Source: a virus. Taken from it: a stretch of 64,000 nt of DNA. The notes beneath the pieces are model-generated. The model did no database searches, was not told where the DNA came from, and saw nothing but the letters and a program-made list of their open reading frames with translations. The DNA lies in IMG/VR virus record IMGVR_UViG_3300033075_000810; one strand, given 5' to 3'. Both the position numbers and the translations under genes were made by a program. Positions 51,168-59,056 of the stretch are shown one piece after another (within the stretch, counting starts at the first letter, position 1; every line of letters starts with the position of its first letter).

Positions 51168-51308
51168 GTCACTTTCTCCTGGGCGACCAATACAGGATTT
51201 CCCGCCCGCACCTTCTCGCCACGCAAGACGCCCGGCGTGATTGACACGCCGGGCGTCTGCCGGCAAAGTACCACCGCTATGTTATCGCGGTGTAACCGGA
51301 ATGCAAGG

Positions 51309-51575
51309 TCAGACGACGGGGAGTTCCTCCCCGATGGCGTAGGAGATGCGGCAGCGGGTGACGATGTCGTTGGTATCGTCGTAGAACTCGATGACGCCCT
51401 TCTTGAAGCAGATGCCCGCACTGCTGAAGCGGGTGCCGGCGGCGTGCTTGCCGACCTGTTTCTTGAGTGTGACGTTGTAGAACTGCATGTACTCCTGATC
51501 GCCGTCCCAGCCGTCCCAGGAGAACCACTCACGCTCCATCGCAGTCGGCGTCACCTTGGCAGTCTTCTCGCCCAT
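51309..51575 (-). CDS. hypothetical protein
   Basis: 88-aa ORF. Confidence 0.45.
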   Translation of the reverse strand: MGEKTAKVTPTAMEREWFSWDGWDGDQEYMQFYNVTLKKQVGKHAAGTRFSSAGICFKKGVIEFYDDTNDIVTRCRISYAIGEELPVV

Positions 51576-51673
51576 GTTGTCGCTCCAGTTCGCTGTTGGT
51601 TAGGATGGTTGCCGGACGTAAGGCAACAGTTTTACCCCGAGCATTCAATTTGTCAACCCGAGAAGGAGAGCCT

Positions 51674-52327
51674 GTGGAGAGCAAAATCATCGTGGCCCTG
51701 GATGGCATGGACTGGGAGGTCGCCCGCCGCCTGGCACGATCCCTGAGGGACGAGGTCTGGGGCTTCAAGGTCAACGACGCCCTCATCGACAAGGGCCTCG
51801 ACTGCGTCCACGAACTCAAGAACCTGGGCGTCAACGTGTTCGCGGACCCGAAGCTGCACGACATCCCCAACACGGTTGGCAACGCCGTCAAGAAGATCGT
51901 GAGGGCCGGGGCCGACATCATCACGGTCCACGCGATGGGTGGCTTTGACATGCTCAGGGCTGCCGTGGCCGAGGGCGGGCCACGCATCGCCGCTGTCAGC
52001 CTCCTGACCAGCATGGGCGACGACGACTGCATCGAGGTGTTCGGCGGCTTCCGCCGGAACATTCTGCCCGACCTGCTGAAGATGCCCGAGCGGGCCGGCG
52101 TGAGCAAACTGATTTGCGGCGTGCCCGACCTCGATCTGGTCGGCATCCGCTTCTTCACCATCGTGCCCGGCATCAGGGTCGAGCAGACGGTGGACGACGA
52201 CCAGAAGAACCGGGGCATCCCCAAGAACGGCACCTACGGACTGACCGTGGTCGGCAGGCCCATCACCAAGGCCCCGGACCCCGTCGCCGCCGCCAAGCTC
52301 TACAACCAGATCCTCAACGACGCCTGA
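51674..52327 (+). CDS. pyrF: orotidine-5'-phosphate decarboxylase
   Basis: IVALDGMD...FKVN...DPKLHDIPNTV...ITVHA...LLTSM...IVPGIR...VVGRPIT match PyrF signatures (DLKFHDIPNT, VHA, LTSM, VTPGIR, VIGRPVT); GTG start 51674 with GAAGGAGAG RBS. Confidence 0.85.
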   Translation: MESKIIVALDGMDWEVARRLARSLRDEVWGFKVNDALIDKGLDCVHELKNLGVNVFADPKLHDIPNTVGNAVKKIVRAGADIITVHAMGGFDMLRAAVAEGGPRIAAVSLLTSMGDDDCIEVFGGFRRNILPDLLKMPERAGVSKLICGVPDLDLVGIRFFTIVPGIRVEQTVDDDQKNRGIPKNGTYGLTVVGRPITKAPDPVAAAKLYNQILNDA

Positions 52328-52343
52328 GCATCGCCTCTCCTTT

Positions 52344-52385
52344 GGAAATGGGACTTCTGGCACTACCTTACTAAGTCCCATTTCC
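52344..52385 (+). promoter_or_regulatory. perfect 13-bp inverted repeat hairpin between pyrF and the downstream secreted-protein gene
   Basis: GGAAATGGGACTT (52344-52356) and AAGTCCCATTTCC (52373-52385) with a 16-nt spacer; no following U-run, so not a canonical intrinsic terminator; the downstream RBS follows directly. Confidence 0.45.
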
Positions 52386-52396
52386 GAAAGAGAGGA

Positions 52397-53011
52397 ATGA
52401 TGAAGACCGCACTGGCAACACTGCTTTCAATGGTCGTGGCTATCGGCCCGGCTCTCGCCCAACGCCCTCCAGCCGGCCCTTCGGCCCCGCCCAGCAGCCC
52501 CCGCGTGAACCCAGGGACGCCTCCCAGGGTGAACCCGCCGTCGAGGCCGAGCGTCAACCCGCCCAAGGCCCCGCCGCCGAAAGTCAGTCCGCCTAAGACG
52601 ACCCCGCCCAAGGCCACGCCGCCGAAAAACAACAACCCGGTGCGTCCACCTAAAGCCAACAGGCCGACCGTCAACCGGACCTTCCATCGGCACCACCGTG
52701 CCCATCGCCACCACCGCACGACCGCCCAGTTTCATCACAGACACGGCCTCAAGCATCGCAGACACGGCCCACACCATAACCTGGGCCGACACTTCCGTGG
52801 TCACCACTACCGCCACTGGTGCTTCCACCCCCGCTGGACCGGCTGGAGTTACTACCGCTGGTATCCGACCTACGGTTGCTACGTCTTCTGGGTGCCGACC
52901 TACGGCATCTGGTATCGCTACCACGCCGTGGAGAGGGTCTACGTCCCCTGCGAGAACCTCAACACCGAGAACCTTGAGGGCCTGACCGTCCACCCGCCTG
53001 GCGGCGATTGA
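52397..53011 (+). CDS. secreted protein with Pro-rich repeats, His-rich and aromatic-rich segments
   Basis: signal peptide MMKTALATLLSMVVAIGPALA; repeats PPRVNP/PPKxxPPK; HRHHRAHRHHR; W/Y-rich C-terminus. Confidence 0.55.
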   Translation: MMKTALATLLSMVVAIGPALAQRPPAGPSAPPSSPRVNPGTPPRVNPPSRPSVNPPKAPPPKVSPPKTTPPKATPPKNNNPVRPPKANRPTVNRTFHRHHRAHRHHRTTAQFHHRHGLKHRRHGPHHNLGRHFRGHHYRHWCFHPRWTGWSYYRWYPTYGCYVFWVPTYGIWYRYHAVERVYVPCENLNTENLEGLTVHPPGGD

Positions 53012-53053
53012 GCCTAATGGAAAAAGAGCCGGCCATTGGCCGGCTCTTTTCGT

Positions 53054-53314
53054 TTACTCACCCTTGCCGTGGTCCCTGCCGTTGCAGAGCGGGCATGGCC
53101 CCTCCAGGCGACAACTCTCCAGCAGAACAGTGCCCGGTGGCCTGTCCTTGAGGAGCTTGTCGAGCAGGCCGCTCTTGGCCCACTTCTCCCCCAGGAGCTT
53201 GGCCTCCTCAAGAAAGCGTTTGTTGATGCTCAGTGAGTCTATCCGCACCAGCAGCCCCCTTCGTTCCTGAGGCGGTGGCTCTGGAGAAGCTCGGCGGTCA
53301 CCTGCCGGCTCCAC
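53054..53314 (-). CDS. small hypothetical protein, paralogue of 53239..53436 (start uncertain)
   Basis: shares the N(K/S)RFL..(L/K)..G....KL(L/N) motif with the adjacent ORF. Confidence 0.35.
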   Translation of the reverse strand: MEPAGDRRASPEPPPQERRGLLVRIDSLSINKRFLEEAKLLGEKWAKSGLLDKLLKDRPPGTVLLESCRLEGPCPLCNGRDHGKGE

Positions 53315-53436
53315 TTCCTGTCGATGCCCTCCAGCAACTTGGGGTTCAACTTGAGTTCCCCCAGCTTGAGGAAACGGCTGTTGAGGGTCTGGAGGTCTTT
53401 CTTCTTAGCCGCCTGAGCCAGCCAATGGTTCTTCAC
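53239..53436 (-). CDS. small hypothetical protein (tandem paralogue)
   Basis: 65-aa ORF. Confidence 0.35.
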   Translation of the reverse strand: MKNHWLAQAAKKKDLQTLNSRFLKLGELKLNPKLLEGIDRKWSRQVTAELLQSHRLRNEGGCWCG

Positions 53437-53605
53437 TCTGCTCCTTCTCTCTGCGTTTCTGGATCAGCTTCAGCCAGTCTTGGACCTCCTTCTCCGTGCC
53501 CCTGGAGGTCCAGAGCCGGTCCTCGCACTCTGGGCACTGGCTGCCGTAGGCGGTGTTGAGTTCGCCGGACCACTTACACTTGGGGCAGTACATCGCGTAA
53601 GCCAT
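53405..53605 (-). CDS. zinc-ribbon protein (MAYAMYCPKCKW...)
   Basis: CPKC...CPEC. Confidence 0.4.
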   Translation of the reverse strand: MAYAMYCPKCKWSGELNTAYGSQCPECEDRLWTSRGTEKEVQDWLKLIQKRREKEQSEEPLAGSGG

Positions 53606-54060
53606 CAGGCCACCACCTCGGGGATCTTCCACTCGGTCAGGCGGGCCGCATCGAAAACGATGTCCCGATTGATGTCGGGCAACTCGTCCTTCTTGCCGGC
53701 CTTCTGGACCTGGGCCAGGACGGGCTTGAGTGCGGCCTGGAACTGCTCGTCCCGCCACAGGACCATGTCGTAGCGGTACTCCTCGCCCTCCTTGAAGACC
53801 CTGGTGAAGGCGTGGACCGTGCCGTTGTCGAAAGAGTGGATGTGCCGCACGTCCTCGGGCAGGCCGTCCGGGTACTTATCACCGACCATGCCGACGACCT
53901 TGTCCACGATGTCGCCCAGATAGTGGTCGTAGCTGGCGTCGAGGACGAACTCCTGCCTCAGCCTCTTCAGGCTGTCGTCGCCGCCATAGACCTTGAGCAG
54001 GTCGAGCCTGATCGGGGTCGTCTTCGCCTTGGACTCGTATGTCCTTCTGCCCTTGCTCAT
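53605..54060 (-). CDS. hypothetical protein
   Basis: 151-aa ORF. Confidence 0.5.
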   Translation of the reverse strand: MSKGRRTYESKAKTTPIRLDLLKVYGGDDSLKRLRQEFVLDASYDHYLGDIVDKVVGMVGDKYPDGLPEDVRHIHSFDNGTVHAFTRVFKEGEEYRYDMVLWRDEQFQAALKPVLAQVQKAGKKDELPDINRDIVFDAARLTEWKIPEVVA

Positions 54061-54362
54061 CTCAGCTTCTCCACTTTCACGTCGGTTTCGTTCAGCTTCA
54101 CACGGACGGTGGTGCCCCGGTGTACCACCGAGACGAACGCCTCCTCCGTATAGATGTCAGAGTTGCTGACCACCCGATTTTCCCCGTCGAGTTCGATGAC
54201 GCCCACCTGGCGGGTGCCGTCCGGCCAGTGGAGACGAACCCGGTCGCCGTCGATACAGAACCGGGTCGTCTCCTTGCCGTTCTCGTTGCGGCTGGGGTGC
54301 CCGTAGCAGTCCCTGTGCAGACCGTCCGTGCAGTAGATGATGATCCGCTTAGGGCACGCCAT
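54057..54362 (-). CDS. hypothetical protein
   Basis: 101-aa ORF. Confidence 0.45.
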   Translation of the reverse strand: MACPKRIIIYCTDGLHRDCYGHPSRNENGKETTRFCIDGDRVRLHWPDGTRQVGVIELDGENRVVSNSDIYTEEAFVSVVHRGTTVRVKLNETDVKVEKLR

Positions 54363-54364
54363 CG

Positions 54365-54503
54365 GTCACTCCTTCAGCTTGTTGCCCGCCTTGAGGATTA
54401 TCTCGGTGTACTTGTCTTGGTACACGCCGTAGCACTTGTAGAACCGCACCACGCAGAACGCGGCGGCGAGGAGGAACAGCAGGGCGAGCTTGACGTAACT
54501 CAT
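54365..54503 (-). CDS. small membrane protein (unlisted 45-aa ORF MSYVKLALLFLLAAAFCVV...)
   Basis: found by manual translation; hydrophobic helix; its stop lies 3 nt before the next ATG. Confidence 0.35.
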
Positions 54504-54505
54504 GG

Positions 54506-54865
54506 TCACTTCACCTGGGTTTGGGTCATCACAAGGCAGCCGTGAGTCGTCATGCTGAACGTGGCGACGAACCGGAAGGGACGCTCGATCCCGGTCACCC
54601 GGTCCTCGATATTCAGCGTGTACAGGTAGTGTCTGTTGCCGAGGTACTTGATGTCCTTAGCCCCCGGCGGCAGCCGCTTCAGCATCTCGGGCAGGGGCTT
54701 GTCCTTCTCGGGGTCGTCCGCCGCCACCGCGATCACCTCGCCGGTGTCCAGCACCACCGCGTGTTTTTTCTGGTCACCATTACAGCCGGCGAGCAGTGTA
54801 AGTGCCGCAACAGCCGGTAGGATCAGCAGTTGGGGGAAAACCCGATTGCTCTTGACAACCATTGA
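54506..54865 (-). CDS. lipoprotein (start at MSMVVK)
   Basis: LLILPAVAALTLLAGC signal peptide with lipobox. Confidence 0.5.
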   Translation of the reverse strand, partial: SMVVKSNRVFPQLLILPAVAALTLLAGCNGDQKKHAVVLDTGEVIAVAADDPEKDKPLPEMLKRLPPGAKDIKYLGNRHYLYTLNIEDRVTGIERPFRFVATFSMTTHGCLVMTQTQVK

Positions 54866-54990
54866 CATCTCGGTGCCCTTTCGGTAAGATGCTTGCGGAC
54901 CCATGTGGACAACCCTTGGTGGACGGGGGTATTGGGTCCGTGCGTTAAAAACAGGAGGTACTTGGCCCCACGCACACACAGGAGTGGGTA

Positions 54991-55242
54991 ATGACACCCT
55001 TTTCCTTTGTCGAGGACGACTATCTGTCGCCCTATCCCGTCAACATCCCCTACGGCGGCAATGACGCTGCTGTGATCCTCATCTCATCGGACGAGTCCCG
55101 TCGTCGCCGTCGCAAGCTCCGCATCCTCATGGAGTTCGTGACGGAATCATTCCTCATGGTCGGAGTCCAGCCTAATCTGGAACAGATGAAATCTGTTCTG
55201 GTCCTGGCTTGCAAGAAGATCGCTACCGAGGACGATCTGTAG
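54991..55242 (+). CDS. hypothetical protein
   Basis: AGGAG RBS upstream of ATG; Arg-rich middle segment. Confidence 0.45.
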   Translation: MTPFSFVEDDYLSPYPVNIPYGGNDAAVILISSDESRRRRRKLRILMEFVTESFLMVGVQPNLEQMKSVLVLACKKIATEDDL

Positions 55243-55394
55243 GCATCTGTCTGGCGGGTGGGCGGGCAGGCCCACTCGCCAGTTGTGGTGTAAGGAGGGG
55301 TCGATGACAGGGGATGAAGCCTCAACCTAGCTGAACCGCCGAGTCCACACGCTGGTTCAACAAAGAGCCTCACCCAGTCCACCGCCCCTCCTTC

Positions 55395-55540
55395 TCAGGC
55401 TTCCTTCTCCTCGGCCTGGTCTTCCTTATTCGCCTCCTTCTTCGCCTCCTTGCCCCGCATCCACCTCCATGCGTCCTCCACGCGGTCGAGGAACTTCTCC
55501 ATCAGCCAGCCGATCATCTCGGTCCAGAGTATCATCACAA
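55395..55540 (-). CDS. small hypothetical protein (unlisted, 46 aa)
   Basis: manual translation MILWTEMIGWLMEKFLDRVEDAWRWMRGKEAKKEANKEDQAEEKEA; GGGAGG RBS. Confidence 0.3.
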
Positions 55541-55816
55541 ACCTCCCAGGTACTCACCCTCCACATGCGGGCCACTATGATCACTCGCTGCCCGCCACCT
55601 TGGGCTTCCGCCGGAAAGCCGTGGACCCCCAAGACCTCCAACAGATTCCCTTCTTAGCCCGAAGGCTCCAGTACTACTGCCTTCATCGGTCTTGAGCGTC
55701 GGGGGTCACGCAGACCCCCGAAACAAAAGGGCTACTTAGCACGCCAGGGTTTTCGGGGCCGTCCCCTCAAAGGCGTGGTCCCATCCCCTGCCACTGACGC
55801 GGGCAGGAAGCGTTCC

Positions 55817-55960
55817 TCACTGGTCGGTGAGATCGACCCGCTCCAGGCGGGCCTTCAGATCGTTGTAAGCCCGGTTGATCTCCCTGTCCAAGTCTCCTTT
55901 CTTAGCCATGAAGAGGGCCATCCCAGCCCACAGCCACATCAGGATCGAGAAGGTAACCAT
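55817..55960 (-). CDS. small membrane protein (unlisted, 47 aa)
   Basis: manual translation MVTFSILMWLWAGMALFMAKKGDLDREINRAYNDLKARLERVDLTDQ. Confidence 0.3.
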   Translation of the reverse strand: MVTFSILMWLWAGMALFMAKKGDLDREINRAYNDLKARLERVDLTDQ

Positions 55961-55994
55961 GATTCAGAATCTCCGCAAGGGGTGATTCTGAATC
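55961..55994 (-). promoter_or_regulatory. perfect 11-bp inverted repeat hairpin overlapping the RBS of the small ORF at 55960
   Basis: GATTCAGAATC (55961-55971) and GATTCTGAATC (55984-55994) with a 12-nt loop containing GGAG. Confidence 0.4.
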
Positions 55995-56000
55995 ATAGGG

Positions 56001-56180
56001 TCACCACATCTCCCGTTCCAGGCAGCGGCACCGGCAGCCTCCACACAGTGGGATGCCACAGACGAGGAAGCACGTCTCTGGGCAGTCGTGCGTGGCCTGT
56101 GCCCCGCACCGCCAGCACTTCTCCTGGGCGTGCTTCTCGCAGTAGTCACCGTGGGTCGCCACCTCGCCGCAGCGACCCAC
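56001..56180 (-). CDS. small Cys-rich protein (unlisted; GTG start) preceded by a 12-codon mini-ORF
   Basis: manual translation VGRCGEVATHGDYCEKHAQEKCWRCGAQATHDCPETCFLVCGIPLCGGCRCRCLEREMW (11 Cys); the GTG directly follows the TGA of a mini-ORF MMETKGCVFDKA (56183-56221) that has its own RBS. Confidence 0.3.
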   Translation of the reverse strand: MGRCGEVATHGDYCEKHAQEKCWRCGAQATHDCPETCFLVCGIPLCGGCRCRCLEREMW

Positions 56181-56249
56181 TCACGCCTTGTCGAACACAC
56201 AGCCCTTGGTTTCCATCATCACACCCTCACCTGGGTTCAGACCCAGAGA

Positions 56250-56732
56250 TTAGACCTTCACGAACTGGAGGAGGTACTCCGCGAGGTAGTCCTCGCTGAG
56301 GTACTCGTAGTACTCCTTGTCCTTGTTGCCGTACTTGGTTTTGTGGGGCAGGTAGAAGTGCATGCTCGCAGCCGAGCGGTAGTTGCCGGTGCCCCAGGAA
56401 CAGCCGTCGCTGTCGTACTCGCTCTCCTCACGCTCCCAGAAGTGGATGCTGGCGACCTTCTGGTCGTCCGCCATGAGGGTGGTCTGGGCGTACTTCTCGT
56501 CCTCCTCGACGCGGAGCTTGTGCTTCTTGCCGTCGATGATGCAGGTCTTGCCGACGAGGTCACCGAAGAGCCTCTGCGACTCCTGCTTCATCCGCCTGAC
56601 CGAGTAGTCGTGGCGTCTCTGGGACGCCTCACGCTCGGCCTGCTCCTTGGCTTCCTGCTCTGCCTTCGCCTTGTCGAACTCGGTTTTCTTGCCTTTCAGC
56701 CAGGACATGATCTCCCCTTTATGTGAGGACAC
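56250..56732 (-). CDS. hypothetical protein
   Basis: 160-aa ORF, charged/coiled N-terminus. Confidence 0.5.
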   Translation of the reverse strand: MSSHKGEIMSWLKGKKTEFDKAKAEQEAKEQAEREASQRRHDYSVRRMKQESQRLFGDLVGKTCIIDGKKHKLRVEEDEKYAQTTLMADDQKVASIHFWEREESEYDSDGCSWGTGNYRSAASMHFYLPHKTKYGNKDKEYYEYLSEDYLAEYLLQFVKV

Positions 56733-56788
56733 CTAAGCGTGGGCAGCCCACGCTTAGGTGTGAGATTGTATCCGAGCTTGGCCCAGCT

Positions 56789-57208
56789 TTACCAGGCGTG
56801 TGCGTGACGCCGTTTCTTGCCGTGCCTGCGGCGAGGAGGCGGCGGGGCCGGTGGCTGCTGCGGGTAGGCGACGGCAGCACCGTTGCGGGGTTGCTGATTC
56901 AGCGGGTCCGCACCGTCAGGACGCTCGGCAGCGTAACGCTGGCCGAGTTCAACCGCGTTCTGCTTCTGCTCCTCTTCCCTCTTGCGGCGGTACGTCTTGT
57001 ACTGCTCTTCGGGGGCAACCTTGGGCGAATTGACGTGCCCAGGCATAAGGCCAGACATCTTTGCCATGTTGCCGTACCCACCTGCTGCGGTGGCGGCGAT
57101 CATCGGAACGGTGTACGCCCACTTGGCAACGTCACGCCATCCCTCTTGGTGAAGCTGCTCGGAAAGCGTGGGGTCACGCTCGGCCAGCCACTGCTTGAAA
57201 GTACTCAC
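56789..57208 (-). CDS. hypothetical protein
   Basis: 139-aa ORF. Confidence 0.5.
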   Translation of the reverse strand: MSTFKQWLAERDPTLSEQLHQEGWRDVAKWAYTVPMIAATAAGGYGNMAKMSGLMPGHVNSPKVAPEEQYKTYRRKREEEQKQNAVELGQRYAAERPDGADPLNQQPRNGAAVAYPQQPPAPPPPRRRHGKKRRHAHAW

Positions 57209-57746
57209 GCTCGTATCTAGGCAGGCATCCCAGATTGCCTTCCGATGAAAAAACCAAAGACCCCCAGAAGTCCAGCCAGAGCTAATAGCAGCATGTCACC
57301 TCCGTTCAAGCCTAATGAAGTATAACGCCGAGAATCGCTTTGATGGCTAAAACGGCTCCAGGCCGGGAGGTACTGCCTCCCGGCCTGGGGTACTCCTTGT
57401 GCAACATGGCACATGAGCTAAACCAATTTAGTCGCAGTCGCAGTGATTGTCCACCTCTTCCGCCGCTCTCCTCCAGCCCTTGAGGTGGATGTAGCCTAGC
57501 CTCCTTAGGGCTGTCACCAGGGACACCGAACAGTCGAGGACCATGCGGACATCGTTGGGCCTGATGCGTTCACCGTACCTCTCGTACCACAGGCTGCGTG
57601 CCCAACGGCACCGTCTGCTGTACGATTCGCAGTTGCTCTCCAAAATGCCCTCCTCCTTGATGGCACGCGACTTCCGGTCGCGGGGCCTATGATATCTAGC
57701 ACCCGGACTGACAGCCCCCAGACTATGATTAAGACAAGGAGGTCCA

Positions 57747-58529
57747 ATGCACCCAACCCTACTCTTGACGGCCCTGGCCGTCGCAGCCGCCGCCCCTGTG
57801 CCCGCACCCAAAGCAAAGCCTAATCCCGCCATGCTGCCGGCACCCGCCGTCGTCGCCGTCGTCCCGCCCTGGGTGGGCAACCCGGCCCGCATCATGCCAA
57901 GGAACGGCGTCCCCGCCTGGCAGAACCCCGAACCGAACAAGCCGATCTGTACCAGGCCCACCGAACGCGAACTGGCCGTCGCCAGGAACCTCATCACGCT
58001 CGACCGCAAGCTGCTCGGCAAGTACTACGACGCCTATAAGCACAAGTACCACACGCCCGAGATCCGCAACGCCCTGAGGTACTGGTGCATCACCAACGAA
58101 ATCCTCGATGACCGTGAGGCCGCGAACTACTTCCGGGGCAGCGACAACATCGAGACGTTCACCAACGACCTTTACAACATGAGGGGACGCTGGGAGGACA
58201 CTAAGGACACTCCGCTCATCAGCTATGTGGAAGGTCTGCCTAGCCAGAAGGTGACCCAGGAGTGTTGCGAGGCGAACCGCAAGATGCTCAATAGCCTTGA
58301 GGACAACAAGTATAACCACGGCTACCACAACGTGCCCTGGTTTGAGGCCGCGATCCAAGAAACGAACGAACTGTACGCCATCTGGGACGCCCTCAGGGAC
58401 TCCCAGCATGAGTACAGTTACATCCACACCCGCCGCCAGGCACTCGCCAGGATGTTCTGGCTGATCAAGGCGAGCGGCTGGAAGGGCGACGGCATGCCGC
58501 CCCACACGCCCTACTGGCGTCGTTGGTGA
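57747..58529 (+). CDS. secreted protein
   Basis: AGGAGG RBS; signal peptide MHPTLLLTALAVAAAAPVPAP; Pro/Ala-rich linker. Confidence 0.55.
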   Translation: MHPTLLLTALAVAAAAPVPAPKAKPNPAMLPAPAVVAVVPPWVGNPARIMPRNGVPAWQNPEPNKPICTRPTERELAVARNLITLDRKLLGKYYDAYKHKYHTPEIRNALRYWCITNEILDDREAANYFRGSDNIETFTNDLYNMRGRWEDTKDTPLISYVEGLPSQKVTQECCEANRKMLNSLEDNKYNHGYHNVPWFEAAIQETNELYAIWDALRDSQHEYSYIHTRRQALARMFWLIKASGWKGDGMPPHTPYWRRW

Positions 58530-58705
58530 GCGATCAGGTTTGCCCACGCATGAGGGGGCAGTGCGATCTTGCCACGGACGAGCCTGATATACTGCCCCAG
58601 AGTAAGACCGAGGAGGCGGGCGAACGGGCCGAAGCCCAGGTTCATCCGCCTCCTCTGCATCTCCAGCAACTCCCCGTCGAACGTCAGCCTGAACTTCTTC
58701 CTCAT
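58511..58705 (-). CDS. small HTH-like protein (MRKKFRLTFDG...)
   Basis: LLGLTLGQYIRLVRG resembles an XRE-type helix-turn-helix; convergent overlap with the plus-strand gene. Confidence 0.4.
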   Translation of the reverse strand: MRKKFRLTFDGELLEMQRRRMNLGFGPFARLLGLTLGQYIRLVRGKIALPPHAWANLIAHQRRQ

Positions 58706-58929
58706 TCTGTTACCGTGGCGACGTGCTTCTGCCACTTCACCTTGCCGTAGCACTGGAAGTGGTACTTCACCTCGCCGGTGGCTATCCTTTCCGTAACCGT
58801 CTCTGATGTCACCTCGATGAAGACCTTGCGGGCCAGGGACTCCTCCCCGTTCACCAGCACCCTCCACTCTCGCTTCAGGGCGTCTTCCTCAAACTTCGTG
58901 TTGAACCGGATCAGGACGCGGTCGCTCAT
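58702..58929 (-). CDS. hypothetical protein (MSDRVLIRFN...)
   Basis: GGAGGAGG RBS; ATGA overlap with an upstream 52-aa Cys-containing mini-ORF (58930-59090). Confidence 0.45.
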   Translation of the reverse strand: MSDRVLIRFNTKFEEDALKREWRVLVNGEESLARKVFIEVTSETVTERIATGEVKYHFQCYGKVKWQKHVATVTE

Positions 58930-59056
58930 TTCTTGTTCCTCCTCCTGCCGTTCCGCCGGCGGCAGATAGGGCACTTGCGGGTGTGCCCCATCAGCGTCAT
59001 GTCGCACCAGCACCAGAAGAGGCCGAGGCGTGGTCGCCGCCTCCTCTCCCGGTTGT

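Noticed and set aside
57428-58021. 197-aa minus-strand ORF opposite the secreted-protein gene 57747..58529
   Set aside because: Mostly Ala/Gly/Thr-rich antisense artefact. Only a short C-terminal piece (about 57428-57640) might be real and is too uncertain to report.
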